Below are positions 12,480 through 25,685 of a DNA stretch of 64,000 bases, piece after piece. Position 1 is the stretch's first letter, and every line of letters begins with the position of its first letter. The position numbers and the translations under genes were made by a program. A model generated the notes under the pieces. The model was not told where the DNA came from, searched no databases, and worked only from the letters and a program-made list of their open reading frames with translations. Source of the DNA: Cyanophora paradoxa CCMP329 (lineage: Eukaryota; Plantae; Glaucophyta); contig QPMI01000577.1 in NCBI GenBank assembly GCA_004431415.1, forward strand, positions 44,985 through 108,984. The letters run 5' to 3'.

Positions 12480-15400
12480 TCAACGAATCAGAGGGACGCG
12501 CGCACGAGGTGGAGGTGCCCGAGCAGGCGCACTTCTCCGCGGGGCAGGCGCTGGCGTCCGGGCAGCGGAGGCACCGGCCCCCGCAGCACCTCCCGTTCTG
12601 GAAGTGGCCCAGGTAGTCCCACGCGGCTGCCCGCCCAAATCGAGAGAGAGACGGTTTGAATATTCGAATTCGAAGTTAAGAGGTGCGTGATTTGGAGCGG
12701 ACCGCAGCCGGAGCCGTCGGGGCAGGCGGTCGGGCACGCTTCGCAGCCGGAGGGGCAGTTCAGGCAGGTGAACGGCGACGAGGCGAACCTGCGGGCCACA
12801 AATTGAATTTAAAGGCCAGGTCTAGGCGAGCTCAAGGGGAAATTTTAACAGAGGGCGCGCGGGGGCAGCCCACACATTAAATTAACGCGGGGGCAGTACG
12901 GGCGAGAACCAGATCTAGAGCCGGGCTCGAGAGGAAATCAAACAGAAGGCGCGCCCCGGCGCCGGCGCCGGCGCGGATCGAAAGCGGACGCGGACCTGCA
13001 GGTGCCCGGGTTGCACTCGCAGGCCGCCCCCAGCGAGGGGCACGTCCCGCCAGCTGCGCCGTCATTTTTATAATTACACGACTCGGTGATCATGAGTCTG
13101 AGAGCCGACAGATCTAGAGAATATATATATTAAAGAACCGTACCGCATTCGGAGTCCTGGCAGCAGCCTTCCTCGCCGATGCACCCGCCGGCCCCGCCGT
13201 TCGCGCGCTGGCAGAACCGCAGCGGGGAGGTGCACGTCGGCGGTGGCGGCGGCGACGGAGTACTGGAGGGCGTCGGGGTGGCCGTAGGCGTCGTGGAGCA
13301 CTTGTTGTCGACGCACTCCTGATCATGAGACTCCGCTGCGCGCGCGTGCATGTAATTTAATTTCGAATTTCCGACTGAATTCGAATTCCCCGATCTCGTC
13401 GAGTCGATCGCGTGCGAACGAAATGTGGAAGAAACTCACAGCAATCCGCCTTGGTGCAACCTGTGAGTTCAATAAAGTAATCAACGATTGATCATGACGT
13501 CGACTGTACTTTGTTAAACTGCGAGCTCCAGCTGCAGCTTACACTGCACGCAGGGCCCGGTGAGGAAGCAGCGCCTCAGTCCGTCCGAGCACGGCGGGGG
13601 AGTGGGCGCCTCGCCTGCGCGCCTGCACTTCCCGTCCACGCACACATCGGTTCCGACTGCGAGTTCGAAACCGAAGTAAATAAAATTTTGAAGTGACATC
13701 GAAGTCGACATGTACATGCTCGGGTCCTGGATTAATATTGCTGCGCATGCACGTGAACATGCGCGCGCACCGCAATGCAAATCGTAACAGCCTGCCCGCG
13801 CATAATTATAAGACCGAAGAGCTAAAATGTCGACCGCTCGACGAAGACAACTACTTACACTCTGCACACTTGCCGTTGGGACAGAGGCGCTGGTTGCCGG
13901 GACACGTATCAACAGGAATGGCTGGTCTGCATTCTCCGTTCACACAACTCTCATTTTCAGCTGCACGCGGTTTCAATTATCCATTTCGAAGAAGTCTGAT
14001 TCGTGCGCGCTTTATATTTTAATTAGCGCCCAGCCCATCATGGACGCACAGCAATCTGTCCTCTCGCAGCCTGCAATATTATAATTAGTTGAGATCAAAG
14101 TTCATTCATAATCAGGAATTCAAAAGCTTGCGATCGGGCTGGAGCTCGAGAAATCGATCAAGCTACTCACATTGCTGACAGCGGCCGTTGGCCCCAGACC
14201 CAGGGCAGCGACGAGTGTTGTCGGGGCACGGTTGGCATACGAGTTTCGAGCAATCGCCGCCCGGGCCGTTGCATACACATTGCTGATTTTGTGCTGCTCG
14301 AGAAATTGATATTACTACAGATATCGATGCAAATTTGCATGCGAAGCTTAAGCCCCGATGATGCACGTACAGCAGTCAGTCTGCACGCAGCCTGCACTCG
14401 CAATTCGTGATCAGCCGCAGGTGCCGTCGCCGGAGTTTAATTTGGCAGGGTCGCGCGCACATTGCTGGCAGGTTTCGTCGCTGCAGAGCTTCTCGTCCGG
14501 GGGGCACTCGGGAGGAGGCTCGGGCCTCCCGCCGCCACCGCCGGGGGGGGAGTACCCGCGGGGCGGCCAAAAGAACCCGGGGGGCCACGGCCAGCCGTAG
14601 GGGGGCCACCAGCCCGGCGGCCAGTCTCCCAAGCGCGGCCGCGGGGGCCAAACGTAGCCGGGAGGCCAGTTGGAGGGGCGAGGCCAGCCGGCGGGCACCG
14701 CTGGGTACGCCGTGTCGCTGCGCATTCTCGTTGTCTCAACGGCCGATCGCAAGGCCCGCGGCGGCCCCGCGCATTTGGTGCTCGTCGCGCCCGATGTCGA
14801 CGCCACGCACGTTCCGCCCGCTGTCCATGGGCGAAATTGTGATCAGCCACGAGCCGGTTCACGCGGGAATCGATGCAAATGACCATATGGCCATGGGCCC
14901 GGGCGAAATTGTGATCAGCCAAGAGCCGGCGCCGGCCACGAGCCATGTATAGGCGCCGATTTCGAAATCCATGCCCGGCGGCCGCGCGATTATAAAACCG
15001 ATTATATAAGTTCGAAATTTATTTGAAGCTAGCGCTTGAGGGACTCACGGCAATCAGCATCCGAACAACCTGCATGCGTGGCAGCGCTCTCAATATTAAT
15101 CGCAGAACAACGCACGCGAAAATTCCACGAGACGCACAGACTTTGCATATGCCGTCGGGACAGCGGCGCTCGGTCGGAGGGCACACCGGCTTGCAAGAGT
15201 CGTCCACGCATTCATCCGATCCAGCTGCGCATGCGTATATATACGTACACGTATATATCCGCGCACGCGCAATCAAATTGAAATATCAATGAATTTCCAG
15301 GCCTAGGAGCACGGCGGAATTGAGGGGAACGTGATGCAATTAAATGCATGTGCGCATGCACATCGCGAAAACCAATCGGCAGGCGGCGCGCGCACCGCAT

Positions 15401-15550
15401 GTGGAGGTGGAGTTGCAGGATTCGCCGGAGCTCGAGGCGCCCGCGCAGGTGGAAATCAGCTGGAGGAATCCGAGGGCCAGGAGGAGCAGCTGCCATGTTC
15501 GTTTCGAGTCGCGTCCCATCGCGGACGGCTGCGATATCGACGCACTGCAA
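12480..15550 (-). CDS. Cys-rich repeat, Pro-rich extracellular-type protein, many small exons; boundaries approximate
   Basis: Repeated ECVDxxC...CPPxxRRCPDGxCxxC exons (15029-15211, 14163-14280, 13514-13660, 13130-13320) and a WPP-rich segment (14520-14700). Confidence 0.5.
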
Positions 15551-16434
15551 TTGTTTATGAATTCGACTCGGCGAATTCGCGCGCTATCGATATCGCAATT
15601 TTTTCGGGCTCTCTAGATCTAACTAGGCGAGCCCGGACGCATGCGCAGTGGAACACGTACGTGCACGGACGCAATCGAAGCCGCTGATCGAGCGCACCGT
15701 CGAAGCGCAAAACTGGGGGAGATCTAGATGCCAGAGCTCGAGAAGAATCTCCTCATCGGTGTAACTCCTCGCGAGGAGCTCGAGCCTCATGATCAGGAGG
15801 GGAAAATTAGGTTGCAATTCGAATTCAATGATTGGAGATAACGGCGCCTTCTTCATTTTCGCGCCAAGGTTCCTTCTGAATTTTTCGCGCGGAGGATGGA
15901 GGGGCCGCCGGGCGCCGCGGAGGCAGCCTGACACGGGGGCCCGGGGCCAAAATCGAATCACACTGTTGGAATTACGATGAAACGCACAGGAATGGAACGC
16001 GAGTCTACACACGGCCTGCAGATCTAGAGGTCCTGGCGCGCCGCGGAGGACAAGGGCGGGGCACGCGCGTCGCGAGCTGTGGCCGGTCGCGCGAGCGCCG
16101 GCGGCCCCCCTCGCGCCGCGCCGCGCTGAGCCTTGGAGCGAGCGGGGCGGGGCCGCGGCTTTGCGCTGCGCTGCGCTGCGCTGCGCTGCGCGCCGAGCCG
16201 GCTAGATCGTCGTGGGGGCGCGCTAGGAGGGAGGGCGGGGTCCCGCGGATGCGCCGCGGGGTGGAGGCGGGGTGAGGGGAGGTCCTGTCTAGAGCTCGCG
16301 GCCGCGGGCGGGCGAGGCAGGGGGGCGGCGGGGCGAGCGGCTGGGGCGGGCGGGGCGGGGCGGGGCGGGCGGGGCGGGCGGGGCGGGGCGGGGCGGGGCG
16401 GCGGGGGGCCGCGCGCGACGGGCGCGCCGAGCGG

Positions 16435-19400
16435 TCAGAGGATCCTGCGCGGGGGTAAGCGGGTTCGAATCCGCACGGAATCAAGCAGTTCAATATCTGC
16501 GCTCGCCTGGGGTCGACGTGGTAGACCGCCCGCAGGATGAAACGGTGCTTGCCGCCGGGGGGTACGCCCCCCGCGTCCTCCGGGCCCGCCAGGCCGCGAA
16601 CGTAGTCGCCCTCCTTGAGCTTGTACGACTGACGAAGGGGGGTTATGTTTGCTCGGGCAACTGCGCAGTGTGGAGGGGGTGCGCTCACGTTGATGTTGTT
16701 GGGCATGATGATGATGGGGCCGGCGGGCGGGCCGTGCATGTACCCGTACGCCTGCGGCGGTACAAGAATCAAAAGGAGTACCAAGGCACGATAGGGAGGG
16801 GTATGGCGTCGGACCTGCAGGACAACGCGGCCAGCGCCGGAGGGCTCGTTCGGCGGCAGGTGCACCAGCCCGTGCACGAGCTGCCCGGGGAGGGGGGTAC
16901 ATGTAAGAACGGGGGTACGCATCGAGCTTGGGTGAGGGTACAGGGGCACCTTGGCCTCGACCTCGCCGCCTGCATCCCCAAGGCCCGCGAATGGGTCCGT
17001 CGCCTCGTGCGCGGGTACGCGTTTCACCGCCTTCTCCCGCGCCGTCTGAGGCTCAGGTAAGCTCTGAGGCGCTCGGGCGAGGGGCGGAGAGGGGCGGGGG
17101 CGCGCCTGCAAGTCGACGAGGTAGGGACCAGGCTCGGCGGAGGGCCCGCCCTCGCCGTCGCCCTCGTCGCCCGGGGCCGGGGCCGGCACGTCGGCCTCGC
17201 CCCCGGCCGCCTCGTCGCCGGCCTGGAGGCGGTAGCGCGCGGCGAGGGCGGGCGCGATGCGCGGGCCGCGGCCGTCGGCCCCCTCGAGGCGCAGCGTCGC
17301 GCCGGCCGCGCGGGCGGTGCCCGCGACGGGGCGCCCGGACACAGCGGGCGCCTCGGACGCCGCGGCGGCCCAGGGGAACGCGGGCGCCGCGGGCGGCACG
17401 GGGGCGTACGGCGCCGGCGCGAAGCCCGAGGCCGGGGCGGGCGCGGCGGGGGCGGCCGCGGTCGCGGGCGGGAGCACGAGAGGCACGGGGCGGGGACGGG
17501 CGCGGCGGCGGGGGCGGCGGCGGCGGCGGCGGCGGGCTGCTGCTGGGCAGCCATCGCGGCGGCTGCGGCGGTGTACGCGGCGAAGAGGTCAGCCTGCGTG
17601 GAGCCGCCTGCGGTCGGCGACTGAACGGCAGCGGCCGGTGCGGCTGCGGCGGGCGCGGCGGCCGGAGCGGGCGGCGGAGCGTAGGCCGGAGCGTGCGCGG
17701 CGGGAGGGGCGTAAGCGCTCGCGGCGTTCGCGCCCGACCCGAAGCCGCCGGCCGAAGCGTGGCCGTAGCCGTGCCCCGCGTGGCCGGCGTAGCTCTCGTA
17801 GCCCGAGCTCGGCGGCGCGTGCCCGGAGGCCGCGGCCGCCGCTGCCGCCGCGGCCGCCGCGACGGCCGCCGGGCCCCCGTGCATCCCGTTCACGTCGAGC
17901 ACCTGCGAACGAAGGCGCGACTCAGGACCGCAAATCAGATCACCTGAGCTTCGTTCGCACGCACCTCGACGAGGCGGGCCTTCTTGGCGCCGAGGTCCTG
18001 GAGGGAGACGCGCCCCGTGACGCGGTCGCCCTGCTGCAGGTTGTTCTTGCGGATCGTGTCGGGGTCCACGAAGATGTGCAGGCCCGCCGCGTTCTCCCGC
18101 AGGAACCCGAAGCGCTGCGGCGAGAAAGAAGGAAGGCGGGTGAGCACACACACGAACGCGACACGAACGCAACAAAGATATCAGAGAACACTTGAAGCTT
18201 TGAATCTAAAGCGCTCTGAAGCGATCTAAGCACTGATTCGGACTCTCGATACTCGGCAGAAGGCGAGGACAAGGGGGCGGGGCCGACCGAGGTAAAGATA
18301 TCAGAGAACACTTGAAGCTTTGTTGAGTCTAAAGCGGCCCGAAGCGATCTAAACTCGGCACGAGGGAACGGGGCGGACCTTCGCGTTGATGTCCATGACG
18401 CCGGAGTCGATGAACTGCGTCGGCTGGTCCGTCCCGCCCACAGCCGCCAGCGTCGCCGCCGCCGCCGCCGGCACGCGCTGCGCCGGCTGCCCGTTGATGC
18501 TGATCACCTCCACCAGGTCTAGAGAGGGGAGGCCAGGTCAGCGGCCGCCCCGCGAGCGAGCGAGCGAGGCGCAGAGGCGCGAGAGACTCACGGGGCCGCT
18601 GCTTGCTGGGGTCTCCGCTCCCCGAGGAGACCTCCTGCACCATTCCGAAGACGTAGTCCTGGTCCTGTACCCCCCTGGCGTCAGGGGGAGGGGAATGGCG
18701 AGGGGGTACGCGGTTTTTCACCTTCATCGCGTAGTCGCGGATCACGTTCGGGGCGACGAAGATGTCCTGGCCCTGTCCGTGTCGCAGAAGGAAGCCTGGG
18801 GCGCGGAGTCGATTCCGTGCGGGGCCCGTTCCGGCGGGGGCCGGGGCGGGGCGGACCGTATCCCTTGACGGGGAAGATCTGCAGGGGGCCGCCGCCGGGG
18901 TTCTTGGCGCCGGAGGGGGTACCGAAGTCGTGGAGGCTCGAGCTGGTGTCCTGGCGCTTGGTGTCCGCCGCGTACGCGGGGGGGCTCAGCGGCCGCTTGC
19001 CGAGCGAGCTCGTGTGGCTCGGGGCCGGCTGCGAGGAGTACGCCGCGTGCTGGTTCGCCGGGTTGGGGCTCAGGACGGCCAGGTTCCCCACGTGCAGCTG
19101 GGTCAGGTCCTTGTTGGGGACGAGCTCGGGGCGCAGGCTGATGCCGTTGATGCGGTACACGTCTTCCAGCTCCGGCTTGGGCCGCTGGCCCGGTCGCGAC
19201 ATGCGGTAGTGGTCCGAAGGCTCCCGCGCGACGCTGCGATCGCTCGCGTGAGCGGGCGGCACCGGCGCGGGCGGCGGGCGAGGCGCGGCGGACCCCTCGA
19301 CAAAGTCCCTGCGGCGCGCGCGAGTCAGATGGCCCCCGAAAGACCGCCAATGGCCCCGCGCACCCCGAGTTGAGGTTGAAGTGCCGGATGAGCCTGGGCG

Positions 19401-19613
19401 GGACGAAGACGTCGTTCTCCTTGTTCCGCGCATCGCGACGGAGGAAAGCCGCCTTCGTCACATCCACAACCTCGAGAACCTGCGATGACGGGGGCCAGGC
19501 CAGCCGGTCAGGTCGACGCAGCGCGGTCCGGAGACCTCGCGCACCCCTCCGACCATGCGTTCTTCGATCGACTGTCCATGGCCTCCGTGACCACCGCCGC
19601 CTCCGCCGAGCAT
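16435..19613 (-). CDS. Protein with four tandem Rho-factor-type RNA-binding (OB/cold-shock) repeats, multi-exon
   Basis: Repeats G/VLEVVDVTKAAFLRRD..NDVFVPPRLIRHFNLNSGDFVEG..LEDVYRING; GFLLRH..QDIFVAPNVIRDYAMKDQDYVFG..LVEVISING; FGFLRE..HIFVDPDTIRKNNLQQGDRVTG..LVEVLDVNG; YGYMH..IIIMPNNINSYKLKEGDYVRG..LRAVYHVD. Confidence 0.7.
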
Positions 19614-19778
19614 CGAATGCTGCATGAGGCGCGATGAGCGGACCCGGGCGCAGCAAGGTGGCAAGAAGGCCTCATACTCTAGCACGGGCAGGGCCAACTC
19701 ACCAGGAAGGCATCCGCGTGGCTCATTTTCGGGAGCAAGCGGACAGCCGGGTACACGTTACAATCGCGGGTACGAAAA

Positions 19779-22700
19779 ATGGACGAAGGCAGCGACCGCG
19801 CGCTGCCGGCGCCGAGCCCGACGGGCGAGGCGACTGCGGCATCGCAGCCGGAGCTCGAGGAGGTGCGACGCGCCGCCTCCGCCGCGCCGTCCGCTTCAGA
19901 CCGCTCCTCGCGCAGACCGAGGTGTTTGAGATCATCGACTACACGCTGGCGTCCCCGTGGGAGAAGCAAGCATCCATCGGACCCCGCCGCGGCGCCGCGC
20001 TCACGCGCAGCGCAGGTGCATCGCACAGATCGAGGAGCACCTCGCCAAGTGGGGCATCGGCAGCGACCCCGACAAGCAGGTCGACGTGCGTCGCCAGAGG
20101 CGGTCCGCGCGCTCGCCTCGCCGGCTGAGCGGCGGCGTGCAGGTCGCGCCCGCCAGGCCGGCCGGCACAGGCACTGCGGTCGAGGAGCTGACCTACGGGG
20201 ACAATCAGTTCTTCATAAAGTACTTCTACCACACGCCGGAAGAGGGCGAGGGTGCGCCGCTGCCCGCCCGCCCGGCCCGCCCGGCCTGCGGATGGACCGC
20301 CCGGCCCGCGAGCCGGTCGACCGACCGCCCGGCGGCCGCTCCGCTCCGCGCCGCGCACAGGCGAGGTCGGAGTCCTGCGGGAGATGGGATGCCGCGAGAT
20401 CGATTTCCAGGACATGCGGCACGAGCTCCAGCGGTGGCGCGCGGCAGCCCGCCCGCCCGCCTCCGCCGCCGCCGGGCTGCTTCCCGCCCCGATGACCGGC
20501 ACCTCAGGTTCGGGGTGCGCAACTTCCTCTTTGTCGTGCCCGCGGCGGCCGCGACTCTGGACGCGGGAGAGGCGGCCGGCATCCTCAGCGCCCTCTCAAT
20601 CGCCCTGCGGCACATGGGCTGGCGCGCGCGACCCGTATCCCTCCCTCCCGCGGCCCCCTTCGCTCGTCCGCTCGTTCGCCTGACCTTTGTTCGCTCGCTC
20701 GCAGCGCGCTGCCCGCGTTCGTGCCGCACGGGGAGGCCTGGCGCAAGCTCTACAGGGGGGTAGCGCACGTTTCGGGCGCGTCCTCTACCCTCCACATGGA
20801 CGTTGCGCTCACGGACCCCCCCTCCGGGGGGTACCGCATCCCCGACCTGGTCGCCGCGTTCCGTTCCAAGCTGGTGCGACGTACCCCCGGCTCTCCCCGC
20901 CCCTTCCTCTTACCTGACTCGTGTACCTCCACAGGAGAGCTGCTCGGGGCGGGCCTGGGCGCCGGCCGCCGGCGATTCGATCTCGGTTTCCGCCCTCTAC
21001 ACGTACGCCAAGGAGGGGGCCGACCGCAACGCCTGGCGCGCCCCGGACCTGAAGGTCCCCGCGTACCCCCGCGCGGCGTGCGTGTACCCCCTAAGACGGC
21101 CGCAGGCGGTGATCATGCGGCGAATGGAGGCGGCGCCGGTCGAGTGGGGTCCCGAGGACGATCCCGTCGCGGGTGCTGCGTACCCCCCCAGGGCTTCCCG
21201 CACCCCTCCCTTATCGCGTACCCCCGCCAGGGCTGGAGCTGGGCGCGTACTGGCCCCAGGTGGACGCCGACGTCCTGGCCGCCCTGGGGGATGGTTCCGG
21301 GGAGGGGTACGCCGCCCTCGTTCGCATCCCGCACGCGTACCCCCCGACGGATCGTTCCCCCCCCCAGGGAGACCGAGGCTTTTAACCCTGAGAACGCCCC
21401 CACCTGGCGCCTCCGCTGCTTCCCCGCCTCCTCGTGCGCCGTAGCCCCGCCGTGCCGTCGCGCGATTTGACGTACCCCGCCCGCAGCGTCTGGTGCCGCC
21501 TCGCGGACTCCCTCCGCGCCCTCTGCGCCGTCATGCTCGACTCCGGTACCCCCCGTCGCCTCCCGACCCCCGCCCCCCCCGTTCTTTGACCCTGTACCCC
21601 CAGCCAAGGTGGACGACCTGACGGATCTGCTTACCCCCGGGGCCGCCCCCTCCGAGTCCGTCTTCGCGTCTCTGGCCTCCTCCCTGTACCCCTCCGGCTC
21701 CGGTACCCCCGAGGACATCGTGCGGGGTCTCCTCTCGACCCTCGGGCACGACCGGCATGGCCACGGGCCCGTCACCTCCCCCGGGGCCGTCCGCGTACCC
21801 CAGCTCAAGGCGGCGGAACCCTCCTCGCTCCTCGTCCAGCTCGCCCTCCGCATGGCCGCACAGGGCTCCGCCCGGGGTACGCGCGCCTGCGGATCGCCTG
21901 CTCGAACCGTTTCGACCGGTATCCCCCCCCCCCCCAGGCGCCGTGTCCCTCTGGCTCGCCTTCGTTCGCGAAGTCCGGTCCCGGTGGCTCGCCCTCGAAG
22001 CCGCGGTAACCCCCCCCCACCCCCCCCCCTCCCACGTCTACCCCGCGGTCTTCCTCACGTTTGCCGCTCCTCTCAGCTGGCGGACGAGGAAGGGGCGGGC
22101 GTGCCGCCGGACGCGCTGCAGCGGGCGCGGGTGGGCGGGGTGGGCGAGGGCGCGCCCGACTTCAGGCACTGCCTCCTCCACCAGAAGCTCATGATGGTGC
22201 CCGCTCCCGCGCGCCCCTGCCCCGCCCCGCCCCGCCCCCCCTTGCCCGCCTCGGCATCGGCCTCGCGCGCCTCCTTGGACCGATCTATAACTCCCGATGG
22301 CTTCTGCTCCCCCTACCACCAGTCTCCGAGTCTGACTAGCGCCCCCTCTCCATTCACACTAGGCGGTTTGGTAGCGGGCCGCACGGCTCTCCTCTGCCGT
22401 TCTCACTCCCCGCTTGGCTGCTTGACGGCCATACTTAGCTGCACAAATCCGCTACTCTCGCTGCTTCCCACTTAGCTCCACTTTGCTCCTTCCTACTGCT
22501 CTGCTGCCGGCTGCTGCGGGGCCTGACCGGCGCCGCCCGCGCGCGCAGCTGAACTGCTGCATGGAGGCGCGCTGGGCGCACCACGCCCGCGACCACCCGG
22601 AGGAGGTGCCCACGCCCCCCACGCCCCCAGAGGCCGAGGCCGAGGCCGGACGAAGCTGACGTTTGCCTGGTCCTCGCAGGCGGGGAGCGAGGGGTGGGGC

Positions 22701-25433
22701 GGCGGCTCCGGGGACGGCTGGGACGTGGGGGAGTGGGAGGACGTCGACGGGCGGGGCGAGGAGGAGGAGGCGGAGGAAGGGAAGGAGGAGAAGGGGGCGG
22801 AGGAGAAGAAGGAGGAGGAGGAGGAGAAGGAGCAGGCCGAGAAGGCTGGGGGCGAGGGCGAGGGCGAGGGCGAGGGCGAGGGGGCCGAGGAGAAGGAGGG
22901 GGACGGCGGCGAGGGCAGCGAGGTGCGCTCTCCGGCTCGGGCCTCCGTCCCCAGAGGCCCCCCGCCCTCCTAACCTGAGCCGCAGGACGAGTTCTACGAC
23001 GCGGAGGCGGAGGAGGGCGGGGAGGAGGGCGAGGAGGCGGAGGCGGAGGCGGGGCCGTCGGGCGAAGCGAAAGAGGAGCCGGCCGCGGGCGCGGGCGAGG
23101 GGGCGGGAGGGGAGCCCCGCGGGCGCCTCCGGCCGATGGAGGGCGTGAAGCTCCTGGCCACCGGCGAGCAGGCGCACGTGCCCATCACTCAGGCGAGCCG
23201 TACCCCGTCCCGTCCCCTCAATTCTCTTCTTCTTTCGAGCCGGCGGGGTACAGGACGCGCCATTCTTGACGGAGGACATGGTGAAGGAGCAGGAGGAGGT
23301 GCGGGGGTACCGCTCTGGAGACCCATCGACCCTCCGTGTGACGCTTCTACCCCCGCAGGTCTTCACGAAGCTGGGGGATACCCCCCTCGCCTCGCAGATC
23401 CGGGCCCAGGTAAGAAGGGGCGTGGGGGGGGGGGGGGGGAAAGAAGCGGGGGTTGAGCCGGCCCGGGGTACGCAGATGCAGAAGGCGCACCTGCTGTCGG
23501 ACATGCGGGCGTTCAAGGCCGCCAACCCCGGCTGCGTTCTCGAGGGCGCGCGCGCCGTACCCCCCGCGGCTCTGGCAGACTGTACCCCCCGACTTGGCTG
23601 AGACATGGCACCAGATTTCGTGCGGTGGCACTCCCCTCGGGACTGGTCCCCCCCCGCCGACCCGCCCGTGCGCCCGTACCCCTGCCCCGTTTTAGTCCCG
23701 TACCCGCCCGACCAACGCTGCGCAGGAGGGGTCGGGCCGCGAGGCGAAGTTCGGCCGCCTGAGCGCCCGCATGCACCGCCCCGGGAACCTCTGGCGTACC
23801 TCCTGGGAGGTTGGGAGCCCGGGCTCCTGTACCCCCGCGCTCTCTATTCTTTTCATTTTTCGGCGCAGGAGGCCACCCCCGCGGCGGTCGCCGAGCAGGG
23901 CGCCCTCTTTGCCGCCGAGAAGGTACCCCTCCGCGGCCGCTCGCCGCGTTTTCCGTACCCCTCTCAGCCGGCTCCCAGGAGGCGGAGAAGGTCCTGCAGT
24001 ACCTCGAGGCGCCCCAGCGGCCCGCCGAGCTGCTTTTCCAGTACGCCCCACGCCCTTTCGCATCAGTCGTCCTTCTCAACCGCGTACCCCTACCCAGGCT
24101 GGTTCGCTGTGCGTTCGTGGGGGCGTACGACGCGCTGGGGCGGCGGCCCGGACCGGCCCTCCCCTCCCACGAGTGAGCGGCGCCGCGCCCGCCGCGCCCG
24201 CCCGCCGCCCGCCGCCCGCCCCGCCCGCCCCGCCCGCCCCGCCCGGCCCGCCCCGCCCGCCCCGCCCGGCCCGCTCCGGCCACCGCGCGCCGCCCGACGC
24301 CCGCCCGCTCGCCCCGCAGGGCGATGATGGCCGCCCTGTCCTCGCTCCTGGAGGAGGTGTGCTGTACCCCGCCCGTCCCCGTATCCCGCCCCTGCTCGCC
24401 CCGCTAACAGGCGCGCAGGTGTGCGGGCCGGCGGTGGCGGGGGGCGCGCCCCTCCCGCAGGAGGCCTGCGAGCGCGTCTGCGCTGCCTTCGAGGAGGTCG
24501 AGGCGCACGCCTCGCTCGCCCTCTCCCTCTCCAACAAGGCGCGCCCGAGCCCCCCCCCCCCCCCCCCCCCCCCCCAACAGGGCCCTGACCGACCGACCCT
24601 GCCCCCCCTCCCCCCCCCCCCTTCCTCCCCTTCCTCCCCTCAGCTGCCCGAGGACCCGGACATCGTGGACCGGCTGCTCGCCGAGCAGCAGGTGCGGCGA
24701 TCCTCTAAGACTTGGAGAACCTTAAGAGGGAAGCTCGACAGAGCTTCCCTCTAAGTCTCCTGACGCTGGCTTCTGAGCTTCCCCTGAGCTTCTTAGCCTT
24801 GGCTGCGGCCGGGCCTCCTGAGCTTCCTGAGCTTCCTGAGCTTCCCCCTAAGCTTCTACGACGGCGCAGGTGCAGCTGACGACGGCGAAGCAGCGGACGG
24901 CGGCGCGGGGCCTCTTCCAGTCCGGCGGCTTCGCCTCCGTCCTCACAGGTGCGACGCCGTGGCGGGGCGGGGGCGGGGGCGGTGGCGGGGCCCGGGCCGG
25001 GGCTCCGACGTCCCGGTCCTCGTCGCTAGGGACGAGCAGCGCTAGTCCGCAAAGCCCTTGGGATAGTCGCCCCCACGCGCCCCGACTCGCCCCACGCGCC
25101 CCCCACGGGCGCCATCCTTGTTCTATTCTGCAAAGCTGTTGGGATAGTTGCTCCGACGCGCCCCGGTTCGCCCTGGCCGGGCCATGGGGCTCGTCAGTGA
25201 TGATGATATCGATGGCGACCCCGCCCGCCTGACCGCCCGCCTGACCGCCCGCCCCGGTGCCCGCAGACACGTTCGGGATGCTTGCGGCGTGGAAGGCGCC
25301 GGACGCGCGGGAGTTCGTGCTGCGGCACGAGCCGGCGTCGGACCCCGAGGGCACGGCGGGGGGCGCCCGCCTCTACGCCCGCCTCGCCCCCGACGACGTC
25401 CGTTCCGCCTCGGTCCTCCCCTCCTCCTACTAA
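19779..25433 (+). CDS. RAB3GAP1: Rab3 GTPase-activating protein catalytic subunit, multi-exon
   Basis: FEIIDYTLASPWEKCIAQIE; PDFRHCLLHQKLMMLNCCM; VPITQDAPFLTEDM; LLSDMRAFKAANPGCVLEDFVRWHSPRDW; LSARM..PGNLW; EAEKVLQYLE are all RAB3GAP1 hallmarks. Confidence 0.93.
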
Positions 25434-25455
25434 GCTTCCGCGGCGCTGTGCATGT

Positions 25456-25685
25456 CCTTCCTGATTCCAGATCTCTCTTGAAAGAATCCGACGATCACTG
25501 AGTCAGCGGCCATACTATGATATTCAATGATTGGGGCTGTCATAAAGCAGGAACCCTAAGGCAACACTAGCTAGCGCGGCGCCGTCCTTCCTGATTTAAT
25601 TCCAGATCTCTCTTAGGAGAATCCGACGATCACTGAGTCATGATCAGCGGCCATATTCAATGATTGGGGCTGCCACAAAGCAGGG
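25456..25685. repeat. Local imperfect direct duplication (~90 bp) downstream of RAB3GAP1
   Basis: ccttcctgatt..ccagatctctctt..gaatccgacgatcactgagtca..cagcggccata..ttcaatgattggggctg occurs twice. Confidence 0.75.

Noticed and set aside
18174-18323. Duplicated 29-bp AAAGATATCAGAGAACACTTGAAGCTTTG in an intron
   Set aside because: Local duplication without TIR, TSD or other support for function
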